A DNA stretch of 63,287 nucleotides, counting the filler, from Collodictyon triciliatum (Eukaryota): the NCBI GenBank assembly GCA_043381765.1. It is 6 parts of 6 records of this genome, joined end to end, with 100 filler letters (N's around TTAATTAATTAA, not from the genome) between each part and the next. Parts side by side here need not be neighbours in the genome. Positions count along the whole stretch, not along the records: positions 12,206 to 24,306 come from JBHJMP010002240.1; positions 24,407 to 36,502 come from JBHJMP010002241.1; 4 more parts are not named here. The stretch is one strand, 5' to 3'. The translations under genes were made by a program, and so were the position numbers. Shown here one piece after another: positions 13,058 through 24,728 of the stretch. Below the pieces are notes generated by a model. That model was not told the DNA's origin. It made no database searches and saw only the letters and a program-made list of their open reading frames with translations. Within the stretch, counting starts at the first letter, position 1. Each line of letters opens with the position of its first letter.

Positions 13058-13343
13058 TTTTTTTTGGTATATACCATGGTAGATAAATATGAGAGAGGTT
13101 TTCAGGGAAATTCAAAACACAAAGGTTCGTCCGGTGATGGTGCAGACCATTCTGAGGCTGAAGCAAATGGGACTCAAGGTTGGGGCCATCACCAATAATT
13201 GGGCTCCATCTACCGAGCAGGAATCGAAAAACTTGAAGCAGCTCTCCGAAATCTTTGATGTGTTTATCGAGAGCCGGGTTTTAGGAATACGCAAACCAGA
13301 CCCAAAGATTTTTGAAGCCGCTTTGGATGCTATGAAGGTTTCG

Positions 13344-13442
<99 letters not shown>

Positions 13443-13741
13443 TTGTATGGAAGAATAGTAATAATCTCAATGTATGATATTTATACGTTACAGGATATAA
13501 GTGGGACATGCTTTAAATGCTAAGCTTTAGAAGTGCTGTGTTATCTCTCATTTGTTCTTTCAACCTAAATTCCCTGAAGGTGACTGCTGATGAGTGTATC
13601 TTTCTTGACGACTTGCCCATGAACGTAAAATCTGCAAGGGAGCTCGGATTTACAACCATCAAGGTTGTTGATGAAATTAAAGCTATTCAGGAGCTTGAAA
13701 AATTGCTCGGAATCCCCTTGTTACAACAACCAAGACTTTAA
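12418..13741 (+). CDS. HAD-family phosphatase (EPHX2/ACAD10 N-terminal-domain-like), 4 exons
   Basis: MTAKTIKAVFFDLGGVVLDSP (motif I), GAITNNW (motif II), ESRVLGIRKPDPKIF (motif III), CIFLDDLPMNVKSARELG (motif IV). Confidence 0.9.
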
Positions 13742-14059
13742 AGTCACAGATTGCCTTTGCATGATGTGACTCCTAGAAGTTTAAAACAATCAGATAAAAA
13801 TAAAAAAATGAAGAATATATGAAACGTAAGTGGACCTGAGACAAATGTAGTAATAATTGCTTGCCTTCGACGTTTAAAAATAAGTTTCGATAACTCAACA
13901 TATTTCTATCTTTTATACTGTTTGTAACATGAGTTGGATTATTCAGCGCTATCATGGCACATTAGTTCACTTGCCATCCACATCATGCTATAATATGAAG
14001 ACCAAAAGATTGTGAACATGGTTTGCTTCATCCCCTAGCATTCACTAGACAATTAATTG

Positions 14060-15090
14060 CCCGAAAGCTTCTGAAGTTGAAGCAGGTAAGTTTGAGCGAT
14101 ATTACAATCAGCTTCAGCAGAAGTAAACCAACAGAGACCTCGGTGATGTCTACCAACTACCGCTGGACGTATGGCCACAACTCCTTCGTGAGCAGCTGAA
14201 GCCGTTCAAACCGACCCACGTAGATATCAAAAAGGACAAAGGCTTCTTCACAGACATGGCAGTGGTGAAGCTTCTTTGTCACAAGAACCAGCTCCCTGCA
14301 AAGTTTACGGTCATGGGTAAAAAGTGTCCAAAGCGCATCCTCAAAGAGCGTCCACCAGCTGCGAACAACTAACGATAAGTAAAAGCTCTGCAAAAGAATA
14401 CACATGCCAAGCAGACAAGCAGCAACGGGGTCAAGGAAGCCAAGGCCAGGCAACAACTGAGCCCGCAAGACTCACAGCAGATACGCGCATACAGCGACAG
14501 TGACGATGACATGGAGGGAAACATTGGCTCCTCTTCAAAATCTTCGCACTCGAGCTATCCACGGCCAATACCGGACAACCCGCACTCGCATGACCCAAGA
14601 GCAGCGCATCTCCAAACCCCGAAAGAAATCCCCCCTTAAACTACCCATTCAGACTTACGTGATTATGGTTAACATAGGAGGCCTCAAGGCAGTCTTCGTT
14701 ACATATCCGAAAGAATACTCCAAAGCGAAGGCAACACAAGAACCAGTGCCCACCAAAGATAGTCCGTTTATGCTGCCCCAGCCCGTCGCACCGAGAACCA
14801 AGGAGCAAGAGCAAACAGCGCAAGTCGAATCCAAGCTTGGAACTTCACACACCAAAGACAGTCCGAGCAAGCAGGAGCCTATGTTTCTAAAACCACAAAC
14901 GCGTATCCATACTCCGATTAAGCGAAGTCCACTGCCGGCTACGCATGGTCCCAATGCCAGGGGACGGTCATGGGTTACTTCCGATAATTCCAGAAAAACA
15001 ACGACGTATCGCTTTTTGTCAGAGTCGCCCAGCAAGAAACGCAAGAAAAGTGACCCGTTGTCCCCTCAAAAGACTCATGCTGTGGAATGA
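14060..15090 (+). pseudogene. Degenerate intronless ORF, possibly retroelement ORF1/RRM-like
   Basis: Frame reading LPLDVWPQLLREQLKPFKPTHVDIKKDKGFFTDMAVVKL followed by a low-complexity basic tail; contains in-frame stops and a frameshift near 14640. Confidence 0.3.
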
Positions 15091-16452
15091 AATAGGATGT
15101 GAACCTTGTCTGAGATAGATTATTGAAAAGACTCGTCGGAATCATTGAGTTACTGCCATGTGCGTACTTTCATCGAACCGACAACTATATCCGCTCTTCT
15201 GTCAGTCTCGAATACAAACAGAAATCGCGTTGGAGCTGATTCACCTCGGGTAGATTAGTCTGCGTATGAGAACGCTTTCTCTCCTTTCTATGATCTTTTT
15301 CCTTTCTTTCACCCAAAACACAAAAAAACCAACCACACAATCCGGGGGTTTCCAGTGTCTTGTCCAAAGCTCATTTTTGTCCTCGAGGCGAAGGCGGTTT
15401 CCTCGGCTTTGTTTTCTCTTGATAAACCGTTGAGAGGAAACCAAATAAAGTAGACCCATTGAATGGAAAAATTTCATGATAGTAATACGCATATGCCACA
15501 AGAATGGGGACATGTTTTAGCCTTTAAACTTGAAATATTTCTGCATCGGTAACGAGGGGAGAGATAATGCAGACTGAAGTAAAAACACGCTTACACCAAC
15601 TTAAAAAATATTGACCAGCCACACTTTCACAGAAAATAAATTGTGTGACATGAAACACTCCTATCGTTAGTAACTTCTTTCGATTCTAACAGGAAATGAG
15701 TTACTCAGATGTAGTAAAACGTCCTATACAATAACAAAGAGGACTTGACCCCACCTCATCTTCATGAATGCACGATACTCAGGCTACTGGACAGTCAATT
15801 GGTTGTTTTAAATGAATGCCTTAACTCATTTCGGTACTCAGCCCCCTGGCAGTCAAAAAAAACCATATTTAATATTGACTGAAAGGTTATGATAATCTGG
15901 AATTGCAGATAAGTAGTAAACCATCGGTGATCGCGTTAGGCTGAACTATTAGCTCAGTTACCAAGACCGAAATTCCTTGATACGGCTCAATTCTTCAGTG
16001 TGTGGAAGGCCAACTTGCTATAACAATAGTCAGGCAGCGAACAAGCCCTCGGCCAACAGTGATGAAAGCCACCCATATCTCTCTAAGCTTGTCGTAATAT
16101 CATAATTTCTGAAATTTAGCTGCAACTCGTCAGAAGTTTAAATGTATCGCCAAGTCTATGGGCTGTAAAGTGACTAATGTGGCAACGCTCTCTAATACTG
16201 GGCAGCCATGCAATGTCAGGTGCAACAATGTCATGGTCTCTGGCCATGTCTGTACAAAGTGACACAATATATAACTAATATGGTTAGGAAATCAATTTTT
16301 GCATGCGGAAGTTGCTGTTCTTTTATAATCGTAAAAGAAGCAACCTTAGCTCCATGACTAAGTTTTACAACCCTTTCAGCAATCCAGACAACACCGAAGT
16401 TCTGTCAGCAGAGAAAAATTATACACAGCTATTGAACTACTAAGAATTTTAA

Positions 16453-17574
16453 ATGTTACGAAAGCGTATAACACTACGGAATTTTGTCATACTGCTTCAT
16501 GTTGGTATACTTTCGTTTGTCTCTGTTTCGGGATATCCAATAGGAAAAATCGTGAGTGTGAAGAGTGATTCCATACCAATAAACACTCTTGTTAAGACAT
16601 TGGTTCCGCCCAGGATGTTTAAGAATGACACAGATGAAGTGGACCCAAGTCAACCGCATTTAAGTGACGACGAATTATTATTGCACGTGAACTCATGCAC
16701 CCCAGAGCACCCCACCGTCATCTTCTACAACAGAGTTCCTAAATGTGGATCCTCCTCTCTGAAACTATACATAGATAGAAACGCTGAAGTTTCGAGTTCA
16801 AAGGGAAAGAAATTTCAACACGAGTCATATCTACATGCATTGGGCCTAAATAGCACAGTGTTGAATCATCCACCCGGGATGTTCCTGAGCCCAGAAGAAA
16901 TTGACATATATGCAAGAGACATGAGTGGTAAAGTACCCGGGATATTCGACAGTCACACATCCTACGCGTCATACTTTCCGATTAATGCTCACCAGACGAT
17001 ATCCAAGTTAGGAGATATTTCATACATCAATGTGCTTCGCGAGCCTTACGCTAGGATGCTCTCATGGAAACACTTTTCTTGTGAAGTATTGAAACTAAAC
17101 TGCGACATTGCTATTGAGAAGTTTGTACAGAAGATGAAAAATCATCAACTTCTCTACCTGTGCGGTGGCCAAGCTGAGTGTCGTCGAAACGATGCGGTGT
17201 CTGCTTACATCGCCAAGGTCAGGATTATTTTCACCTATAGCCTTGTTGGTATAATGGAGAGAATGCTCGAGACAACGAGCTTATTGCAGGCCATATTCCC
17301 AGACTTCTTTTTTGAGGTAAATGTCGTAGTTAAATACAAACCGAAATGTCACTCAGACCAACATAAGTACTTTAAACTCCTCATTAAAGTGGATTTTTTT
17401 TTTACCAATTGTTAGAAATACGACGGAACCAGAGTGAATGTCTTATCATCAAATGAACGGTATCCAATAGACCTTGAAAAGTATGAACGGCTTAACAAGT
17501 TTGATATCGAAGTGTATAAGTTTGCCGTGAAAGTGTTTGAAAAGAAGCTTAAGCTTTGTTCTCAAAGTCAATAA
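16453..17574 (+). CDS. Heparan sulfate 2-O / uronyl 2-sulfotransferase-like protein (exons 16453-17316, 17416-17574)
   Basis: N-terminal signal anchor; 5'-PSB motif IFYNRVPKCGSSS; 3'-PB motif INVLREPYARMLSW; YSLVGIME; DIEVYKFA. Confidence 0.88.
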
Positions 17575-18044
17575 ATGATTAAACACATTTAGCGTAAAAG
17601 GTAGTTGTGAACTAAGGAGTGACATTTATAATAATCTTTTTTATTTAGGAAACTTAACTTAAGCAGTCATCACTTATTTAAAGTTCTGATGGAAATATGC
17701 CTAATCAGAAGACGATTAATTTTGTTCTATTTTTTTATCCATCGTCTCGTTATAAAGATTAGTCCTTTTTCATTCGGATAGTAAAATGAAGAAAAGCGAG
17801 CTGTCTCTATATTTGTTCACGAACCATCCAGATACGTCTTTGTATGAAAGATCTGTTTTTCATATTACGGTTCACTAAATGCGCTAGCCAATACCCTGAT
17901 AGCCTCTTGCGTTATCCAAATATATAATATAGAAAGCTGGCATTAAGGTGCGCATAAATAAGGCTGTCGAAAACTACGTCATATACCATATAATTTATAA
18001 ATGCCCTAGAACTGAGATAAACAGGAGAGTCAACTTGCAAGCGA

Positions 18045-19347
18045 TTGTACAGAAGCAACCCTCGACAACATATATTTGAGATTATGTTGCGTACTGAACA
18101 TAAGCCAGAAGATGAAAAAGGAATTAATGAGTCAAGAATTAATCAGGAATGTGTTCCCATGAAGCCAGATCCTGACATACAAGACAAACTCAAAGACATT
18201 TTAAATGACTGTTGTTTCAAAGGGGTACACGATAGACCTTGGAGTCGAAATGAAATGCTTACTGACACTTTTTGAAAAGCCTCCAAAAGTGATATAGACC
18301 GATCAAGAAGTTAACGCTACTAAAACAAAGAGAGGGGCCAGTTCCCGCGAGAACACGTGCACTGCACAGGATGGATCGAGCTCCAAGAGGATTCAGGCTG
18401 AATCAACTGGAATAGAATGGATACTGGAGGCGAAAATGATGTTTGGATTAAGTTTAGAGGGCTTACTAATGGCAAAACTGAACTCAAAGGATGAAGCAAT
18501 CCGCCTAAGAAGGCGCAAAACTGAAGTTAAAGGTTATATTACATAGACCTTACCTCAAAAATGGAAATTTTGATAGAGGTAAGATAGAAGCTATTCTAAA
18601 AACATTCAAGAAATTTCCCTTCACCCAGGGACTGAGCGATATTGAAGATGGAAGGTTTTTTTTATATTCAATCCAAAGTGCCCCGAGGTTATGCCATACA
18701 ACGGGACGAGATTGGTGCACATGGTATAGCAAAATCTAAACCGCATGTTGAGAGTTCGAACTCAGGCAAATTATATGAAACAGGGAATGAGAGACCACCA
18801 ACACAGCACAACTTAGCACAAGAAACCACAGATAAAAAATAAAAATACGACGTCGTAGTAGCTGTAAAGGTAAAATAATGCTTTCAAAAACACTAGAAGG
18901 ATTGATCGCAGCTACAGGGAACAGGAAGAAAACATTTGGAACTCCAAGGCACAAAATAAAAAAGGATTACCTACCAGAGATAAATATCCAGATTGGAGAG
19001 TATCTCAACGGAGTCAAAGTATTAGCCTTTTCTTTAGTTTTGAGCAAAAACCACACTGATGGCAACCAAGCCGAGCTCAGGTGCGGCGAGCGCAAGTGAA
19101 ATGCACAAGAGTGAGGTGCCTCGACTTTGACGACGAGAATGAGTCTGCCAACATTACCGGACGCAACCGGTGGAGCGAGCAGCGGGACTGCAGGAGAAGG
19201 GACTCTACCCGGCCGGCTGCGTGGTGCACCTTGTGGGCGAGTTTGCTGAGACACTGACGCACGCCACACGCCTGCTTCTGCTGGAGCAGCTGTGCGAAGT
19301 CCACGGCATCCGCGAGTGCGCAACGGAGGGCGTTGTGCTGCTGGCAT
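18045..19347 (+). pseudogene. Degenerate coding-like sequence of unknown origin
   Basis: Protein-like fragments broken by stops and frameshifts; no introns evident; abrupt GC increase at about 19070. Confidence 0.2.
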
Positions 19348-20619
19348 NNNNNNNNNNNNNNNNNNNNNNNNNNNNNNNNNNNNNNNNNNNNNNNNNNNNN
19401 NNNNNNNNNNNNNNNNNNNNNNNNNNNNNNNNNNNNNNNNNNNNNNNNNNNNNNNNNNNNNNNNNNNNNNNNNNNNNNNNNNNNNNNNNNNNNNNNNNNN
19501 NNNNNNNNNNNNNNNNNNNNNNNNNNNNNNNNNNNNNNNNNNNNNNNNNNNNNNNNNNNNNNNNNNNNNNNNNNNNNNNNNNNNNNNNNNNNNNNNNNNN
19601 NNNNNNNNNNNNNNNNNNNNNNNNNNNNNNNNNNNNNNNNNNNNNNNNNNNNNNNNNNNNNNNNNNNNNNNNNNNNNNNNNNNNNNNNNNNNNNNNNNNN
19701 NNNNNNNNNNNNNNNNNNNNNNNNNNNNNNNNNNNNNNNNNNNNNNNNNNNNNNNNNNNNNNNNNNNNNNNNNNNNNNNNNNNNNNNNNNNNNNNNNNNN
19801 NNNNNNNNNNNNNNNNNNNNNNNNNNNNNNNNNNNNNNNNNNNNNNNNNNNNNNNNNNNNNNNNNNNNNNNNNNNNNNNNNNNNNNNNNNNNNNNNNNNN
19901 NNNNNNNNNNNNNNNNNNNNNNNNNNNNNNNNNNNNNNNNNNNNNNNNNACGAGCACAAGTATCGTGAAGGCATGTTTTCCAACCACATCCGTACACGCG
20001 GTCAGTCTCTCACCGACGTTGTCTCGCCCGTGGTCAAGTTGAACATGCAACACAAAGAAGCTGCCACAACCGTGCAGCCTCGCAAGAATCAGGATTCGCC
20101 CTGCAGGCAGGGGAGTCCGCCATACGCAAGTGAAGCCGGTGACTACGAACCGCACCAGCCACACGGCGACACAAAGGCCACAGACGTGTCTGTGGAGGAG
20201 GGTTACACCTCCGCCTCTTCCTTTTAATTCGCCCAGTGTGGCCCGGCGCTCTGCCTATGAGCGCATTGGGGGACTAACGTTCCTCATCTTGAAGGGTAGC
20301 TCAAAGAATCTTTCTTTCCCTTCGCCCCGGAGGATTTGCGATACATTTGGTTTTTAGACACATCGACCTTGGCAGCTTCCTCAGTCATTCAGGGCCGATT
20401 TCTGAAGATGCCATTCAAGAGGGAGGGGAAATGTTGCTCACTTTCACAACCCGTCGAGTGTCAAAACAATTTGAAACCAAACATCCTTTCGTGGACACCT
20501 CGCATCAGTCCTGACCTCCTCTATGGGTATACCGACCATCATACCCATACCCTACCCCAAACGAACCCATTAACAGACTCCCTGAGCCGGGAGACTGCAG
20601 GCAGCTAACACCTCATGAC

Positions 20620-21045
20620 ACGTGAGTCCTGAATAGCTGACCAAATCCACTTGTAAAACCTGCGGTAACAAAGCCAAAACTCCCGACCTTGGCTGAGAGA
20701 GACACCAGGGAGTGGAAGCTTATAGCCATTGGTTTCTTTTGCAAGCAAGAGGGAGAAATCCCTTCGATAACCCCTACTGAAAAGACCCTAATACGGTCTG
20801 GAAGGAGGTGACTCAACCATGCAGAGAATTCTTCTTTGCACTCGACCTAGTGCTTATCAAACGAACCTCACTTCTCTTTTCACCATCCTTTTCGACAGCT
20901 TGCGCCATCAAAGCAGTATTCCCCCTCCTCTATCCAATCAATATCACCCTTCCCTTTTATTTTTCATGCTCGTGGGCCACTTCAATGCGCCCTCATCACA
21001 TACTCGATGATATCCAACCGAGGATAAAGTCTTGTTTTTTCCATT
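20620..21045 (-). pseudogene. Possible decayed P-loop NTPase fragment
   Basis: Minus frame reads RLDIIEYVMRRIEV...KGRVILIG*RRGNTALMAQAV, resembling a Walker A region with stops. Confidence 0.2.
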
Positions 21046-21597
21046 TCTCTAGTAATTTTATTTTTTTCCCCTTTTTCGTCCCGCTGCAATAATCAATTCG
21101 AAAATATAAGAGTTTTCACGGGGGTCTCCTATCGAATAAGCGCCCTACCCGCGAACAGAAATATTCCGAAGTAAAACCAACTCCAAATTTTCTCAAAATT
21201 TAAACGTCTCGGAGTTGTAATATTATCTACATAATACATAGATTACAATGCCTACACAATTACACGCCCTGTGTTGTAGGGGCACGACAAATTACATTGG
21301 AGACGGAATATTGTTTTTGATTCACTGCCCCTTTGTTGGACTTCGATAGAAAAATCGCCCCTCCCAGACTTAGCGGCCCATTTAGATCCAAATGAGCGAC
21401 ATTCAAAGGATTCTTGGATGAGAATAAACACACACTGCAGCTATTAAGCGTCCCCTTCCCCAAGAGAGGAAACTCTGTATTTGAATTTTAATCATCATTA
21501 TTCATTAGGTTGGAGTATCAGTCACGTTTCTTGATATTTGCTGTGGTCATTTAGTTGTCCCAAAAGATCAAGATTGTCAACCCTATCTAGTCTGCTT

Positions 21598-22713
21598 ATG
21601 TTTTCACTACCTCTGTCGATAATCCTAGCAAACTTATTATGTAAAGAGGTATTTATGATCTTTGCATTACCGGTGCAAGAGTTCAACTCAAGCATGAGAG
21701 CTCATTCGGCCCCAACCATGTCGGATATAAGGAGTCGCCTTCTAACTAGTCATGATGAAGTGGACGTCACATTCAGGCTATCAGATAACGAAATCTTAAA
21801 TTTTGTGAGAGGATGTGATGAGATTTATCCAGAGATCATATTCTATAACCGGGTGCCAAAGTGTGGCTCGTCATCTATGAAGCGCTACATTGATATCAAT
21901 TCGAAAGCCTCAACGAAAGACAACAAACCTTTCAAGCATGTGTCCTACCTGTTCAGAAGTTCTCCCGACGACCTTTATATTCCTCGTCCTCCTGGAGAAT
22001 TTTTCAACCCCATAGAAGTGAGAGAGATTGAAAAGCATATGATAGCTAATAAGCCAGGTGTTTTTGACTGTCACTCGGCTTACTACCCGTTTTTCAGGAG
22101 GAATCTGGTTAGTAATGCACACCCTAGTAACATTATCGCTCACATAAACGTACTTCGTAACCCCCTTTCTAGGCTGTTTTCTTGGAAGCGCTTTTCATGT
22201 CAGACATCTCATCCCGAGTGTCATTTACCATTCGACAAACTAATTGAAACCTCCAGAAATTATCAAATTTTGTACTTATGCGGACACCAACGCGAATGTC
22301 TTGAAAGAGACGAGACTTCTGCCTACATTTCAAAGATAAGAATAGCGTTCAGTTACGCTCTTGTCGGTATAATGGAAGATTTCGAGAGTATAACAAAAAT
22401 ACTGCGAAAGATTTTTCCAAAGTTCTTCTACATGGTAAATGAAATTTTTTTATTTCTTATATTTACTTAAGAACCTGACAATGGTCACACTCTGGCAGTG
22501 TTTGAAGAAGTTAAGTCCTTCATTTTGTCTTTTATTTGTTAGGAATACGAAGGATTTAGAGAGAATGAGAGCAAGCTACCCACAAATATGAGTTACTTAA
22601 CTGTCGACCTAGATAAGAGATTCAACCAAACACACAAGCTGGATATTGAAGTGTATGAATTTGCGCTCAAAGTATTTGAAAAAAAGAAGCTACATTGCTT
22701 AGGTTCTCCCTGA
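21598..22713 (+). CDS. Second HS2ST/UST-like sulfotransferase paralogue (intron 22435-22542; start codon uncertain)
   Basis: IFYNRVPKCGSSSMK, INVLRNPLSRLFSW, YALVGIME, DIEVYEFA; intron at the same position as in the 16453 paralogue. Confidence 0.88.
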
Positions 22714-23149
22714 CATTTCCAGAAAATTATGATCAATAAAAAAAAAAAAGAACAAGGCGGATTGGCCATTTGAACAATCTTGTGCCGAATAACCTGTATT
22801 TTCTGTTGAACTTCGCGGTTATTAGCAATTTCTAGGTGCATGTATCCACGTTTACATGGAAATGGTCGATTACGAAATGATCATTGTGCCTCAATACAAA
22901 GTGAAATAATTCGAAATGCCGGCCTGACCCAATCAAACACAATTTTTTAGCCCCTGTAGAACGACTGTATGGTGATTCTCCCGCGAGGGAACTTCGGCCT
23001 TGGCCGGGAACCACTCCAAGGCCCCTAATGGTTGCAATTTTTTGGAGTTTAAAATTGTTCCATAAAATTATCTATATTTAGATAGATAAAAAAGGACTGG
23101 GAATTTGACTTCAACCCATTTAAACATGTCCTCAAGCGCTTTCTCATAC

Positions 23150-24208
23150 CATATAGGGAAGGAGTGTGGATTTCGCAGAGGAATTTACCGAACATTTTTA
23201 TCCTGATAGTAATACGATAGCCCTAGCCCTAACCCACACTTTTTTAAAAAATACAGAGACAACCCCAGACAAAGTAATTCCCCTAATACCCTTAACCTTT
23301 TCAGTCTCATACTCTCATCTCTCTTTCTTTATCTTCTTATATATTTATATAATAAAATAATAAAGGGGGTAAGGGGTGTCGAAATGTAAAAATAATATAA
23401 TTATAGAAAAAACATAAGAGTATAAAAATAATTTAGTAGATAAAAATTATAATTTTTTTCTCTCACCACTTAACCCCTATACCCCATCTATAAAATAATA
23501 ATTATAATAAATTAATTAATGATTTATAAATTTTTATAAAATAAATTATAAAATAAAACATCTGCCGAAGTAAAGAAATAAATCTCAACACAAACAACCA
23601 ACAAAGACACATAACAAAACACCCACATTTTTTTCATTACCTACACATTTAAAATTTTTTGACTTTGAAACTCGACGGTGCCACCACAGCAGCTTGACCT
23701 GTTCAAATGATCAACTGTATACTTGAACAGTCTTTCAATTACCAAAATACAAGTCATAAGTAATGAGATTATTGTAACCGGTTCCATTACTTAGTAATTT
23801 TTTTTTTACACGGAAAGTCTGCTGGTTGCTTTGAATCTCCAGCACAGCGTCGTACAAAGATGCAACAATAATATAATATGGTCCATCAGTATCCGCAATA
23901 GCACCACTGAAATTTAACCGCAAAGACATTAGTCCTGAGCCTGAAGACCGGATATCCGCTCCTACAATTTCCCCTTCAACTGCATCAAGTACTTTGCGGA
24001 GATTGAAACCAATCATAAACTCACTGACAGGGCCCTGGCAAACTTGTCCTTAAAAAGCACTAACAGACCCGTGAAAGTTGCAGTTTGAGCAGCAGCTGAA
24101 TATTGTATAGCCGAATGACCCGCATTTACAAAAACACCCCCGGTAACTTCATTATTAGCACCTGAAGGATTATCTTTAGCTGGTTTAGCTCCATTTACAA
24201 CAACACCA
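23150..24208 (-). mobile_element. Probable endogenous Polinton-like virus / virophage-like remnant: capsid C-terminus plus AT-rich terminal region
   Basis: Intronless frameshifted ORF (24208 to 23735) ending EFMIGFNLRKV...IVGADIR...SLRLNF...YYIIVASLYDAVLEI, followed by a very AT-rich segment with internal inverted motifs. Confidence 0.5.
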
Positions 24209-24306
24209 TTTTTTTTTCCTTTATTCGATTCAAAGTGTAGCGAGATTATGCCATACAAAGGGGCGGGATGGGAGCGCATGGGAGAGAGCAAACGCGAGTA
24301 GGAGAA
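24209..24306 (-). mobile_element. 3' end of a poly(A)-tailed retroelement (longest copy, truncated by contig end)
   Basis: Minus strand reads ...atggcataatctcgctacactttgaatcgAATAAAggAAAAAAAAA; the same tail occurs at 28822, 29661, 33413 and 50966. Confidence 0.8.
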
Positions 24307-24439
24307 NNNNNNNNNNNNNNNNNNNNNNNNNNNNNNNNNNNNNNNNNNNNTTAATTAATTAANNNNNNNNNNNNNNNNNNNNNNNNNNNNNNNNNNNNNN
24401 NNNNNNGTGGGAGGGGGGGGAAAGAAGGGGAAAAAAGGG

Positions 24440-24474
<35 letters not shown>

Positions 24475-24499
24475 AGAAAGGGCGGAAGGAAGGCCACAC

Positions 24500-24728
24500 A
24501 ATGGGCATCGTAGTCGACGCCGAGCTCCTCCAGGAGGATGGAGACCTTCTGCCCGTTCGGCGTGGCCAGGGAGTAGAGCTGCAGCGGGGCGGGTCCTACG
24601 GGCAGGTCGCGGGTCGTGCGCGCTCCTGCAACCGGCGAGTTGATCGAGCTCATCTGGTTGCCGGCTGCCTTCGCAAACAGCTCCTCGACCTTCTTAGGGG
24701 GCGTCCATTCCTGCGGCGCGGATGACAT
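24500..24728 (-). CDS. YghU-like (Nu-class) glutathione S-transferase, first exon only
   Basis: WTPPKKV...INSPVAGAR...LPVGPAPLQLYSLATPNGQKVSILLEELGVDYDAH followed by a GT donor; the remainder is lost at the contig end. Confidence 0.85.

Noticed and set aside
18967-20227. Long ORFs spanning N runs (also 31348-32186 and 56296-57147)
   Set aside because: Their length comes from undetermined bases.
23219-23236. ccctagccctaaccc as a telomere
   Set aside because: Only two to three imperfect units, internal to a contig.
24209-24728. Linkage of the GST gene with the viral-like remnant
   Set aside because: They are separated by an artificial linker and lie on different contigs.
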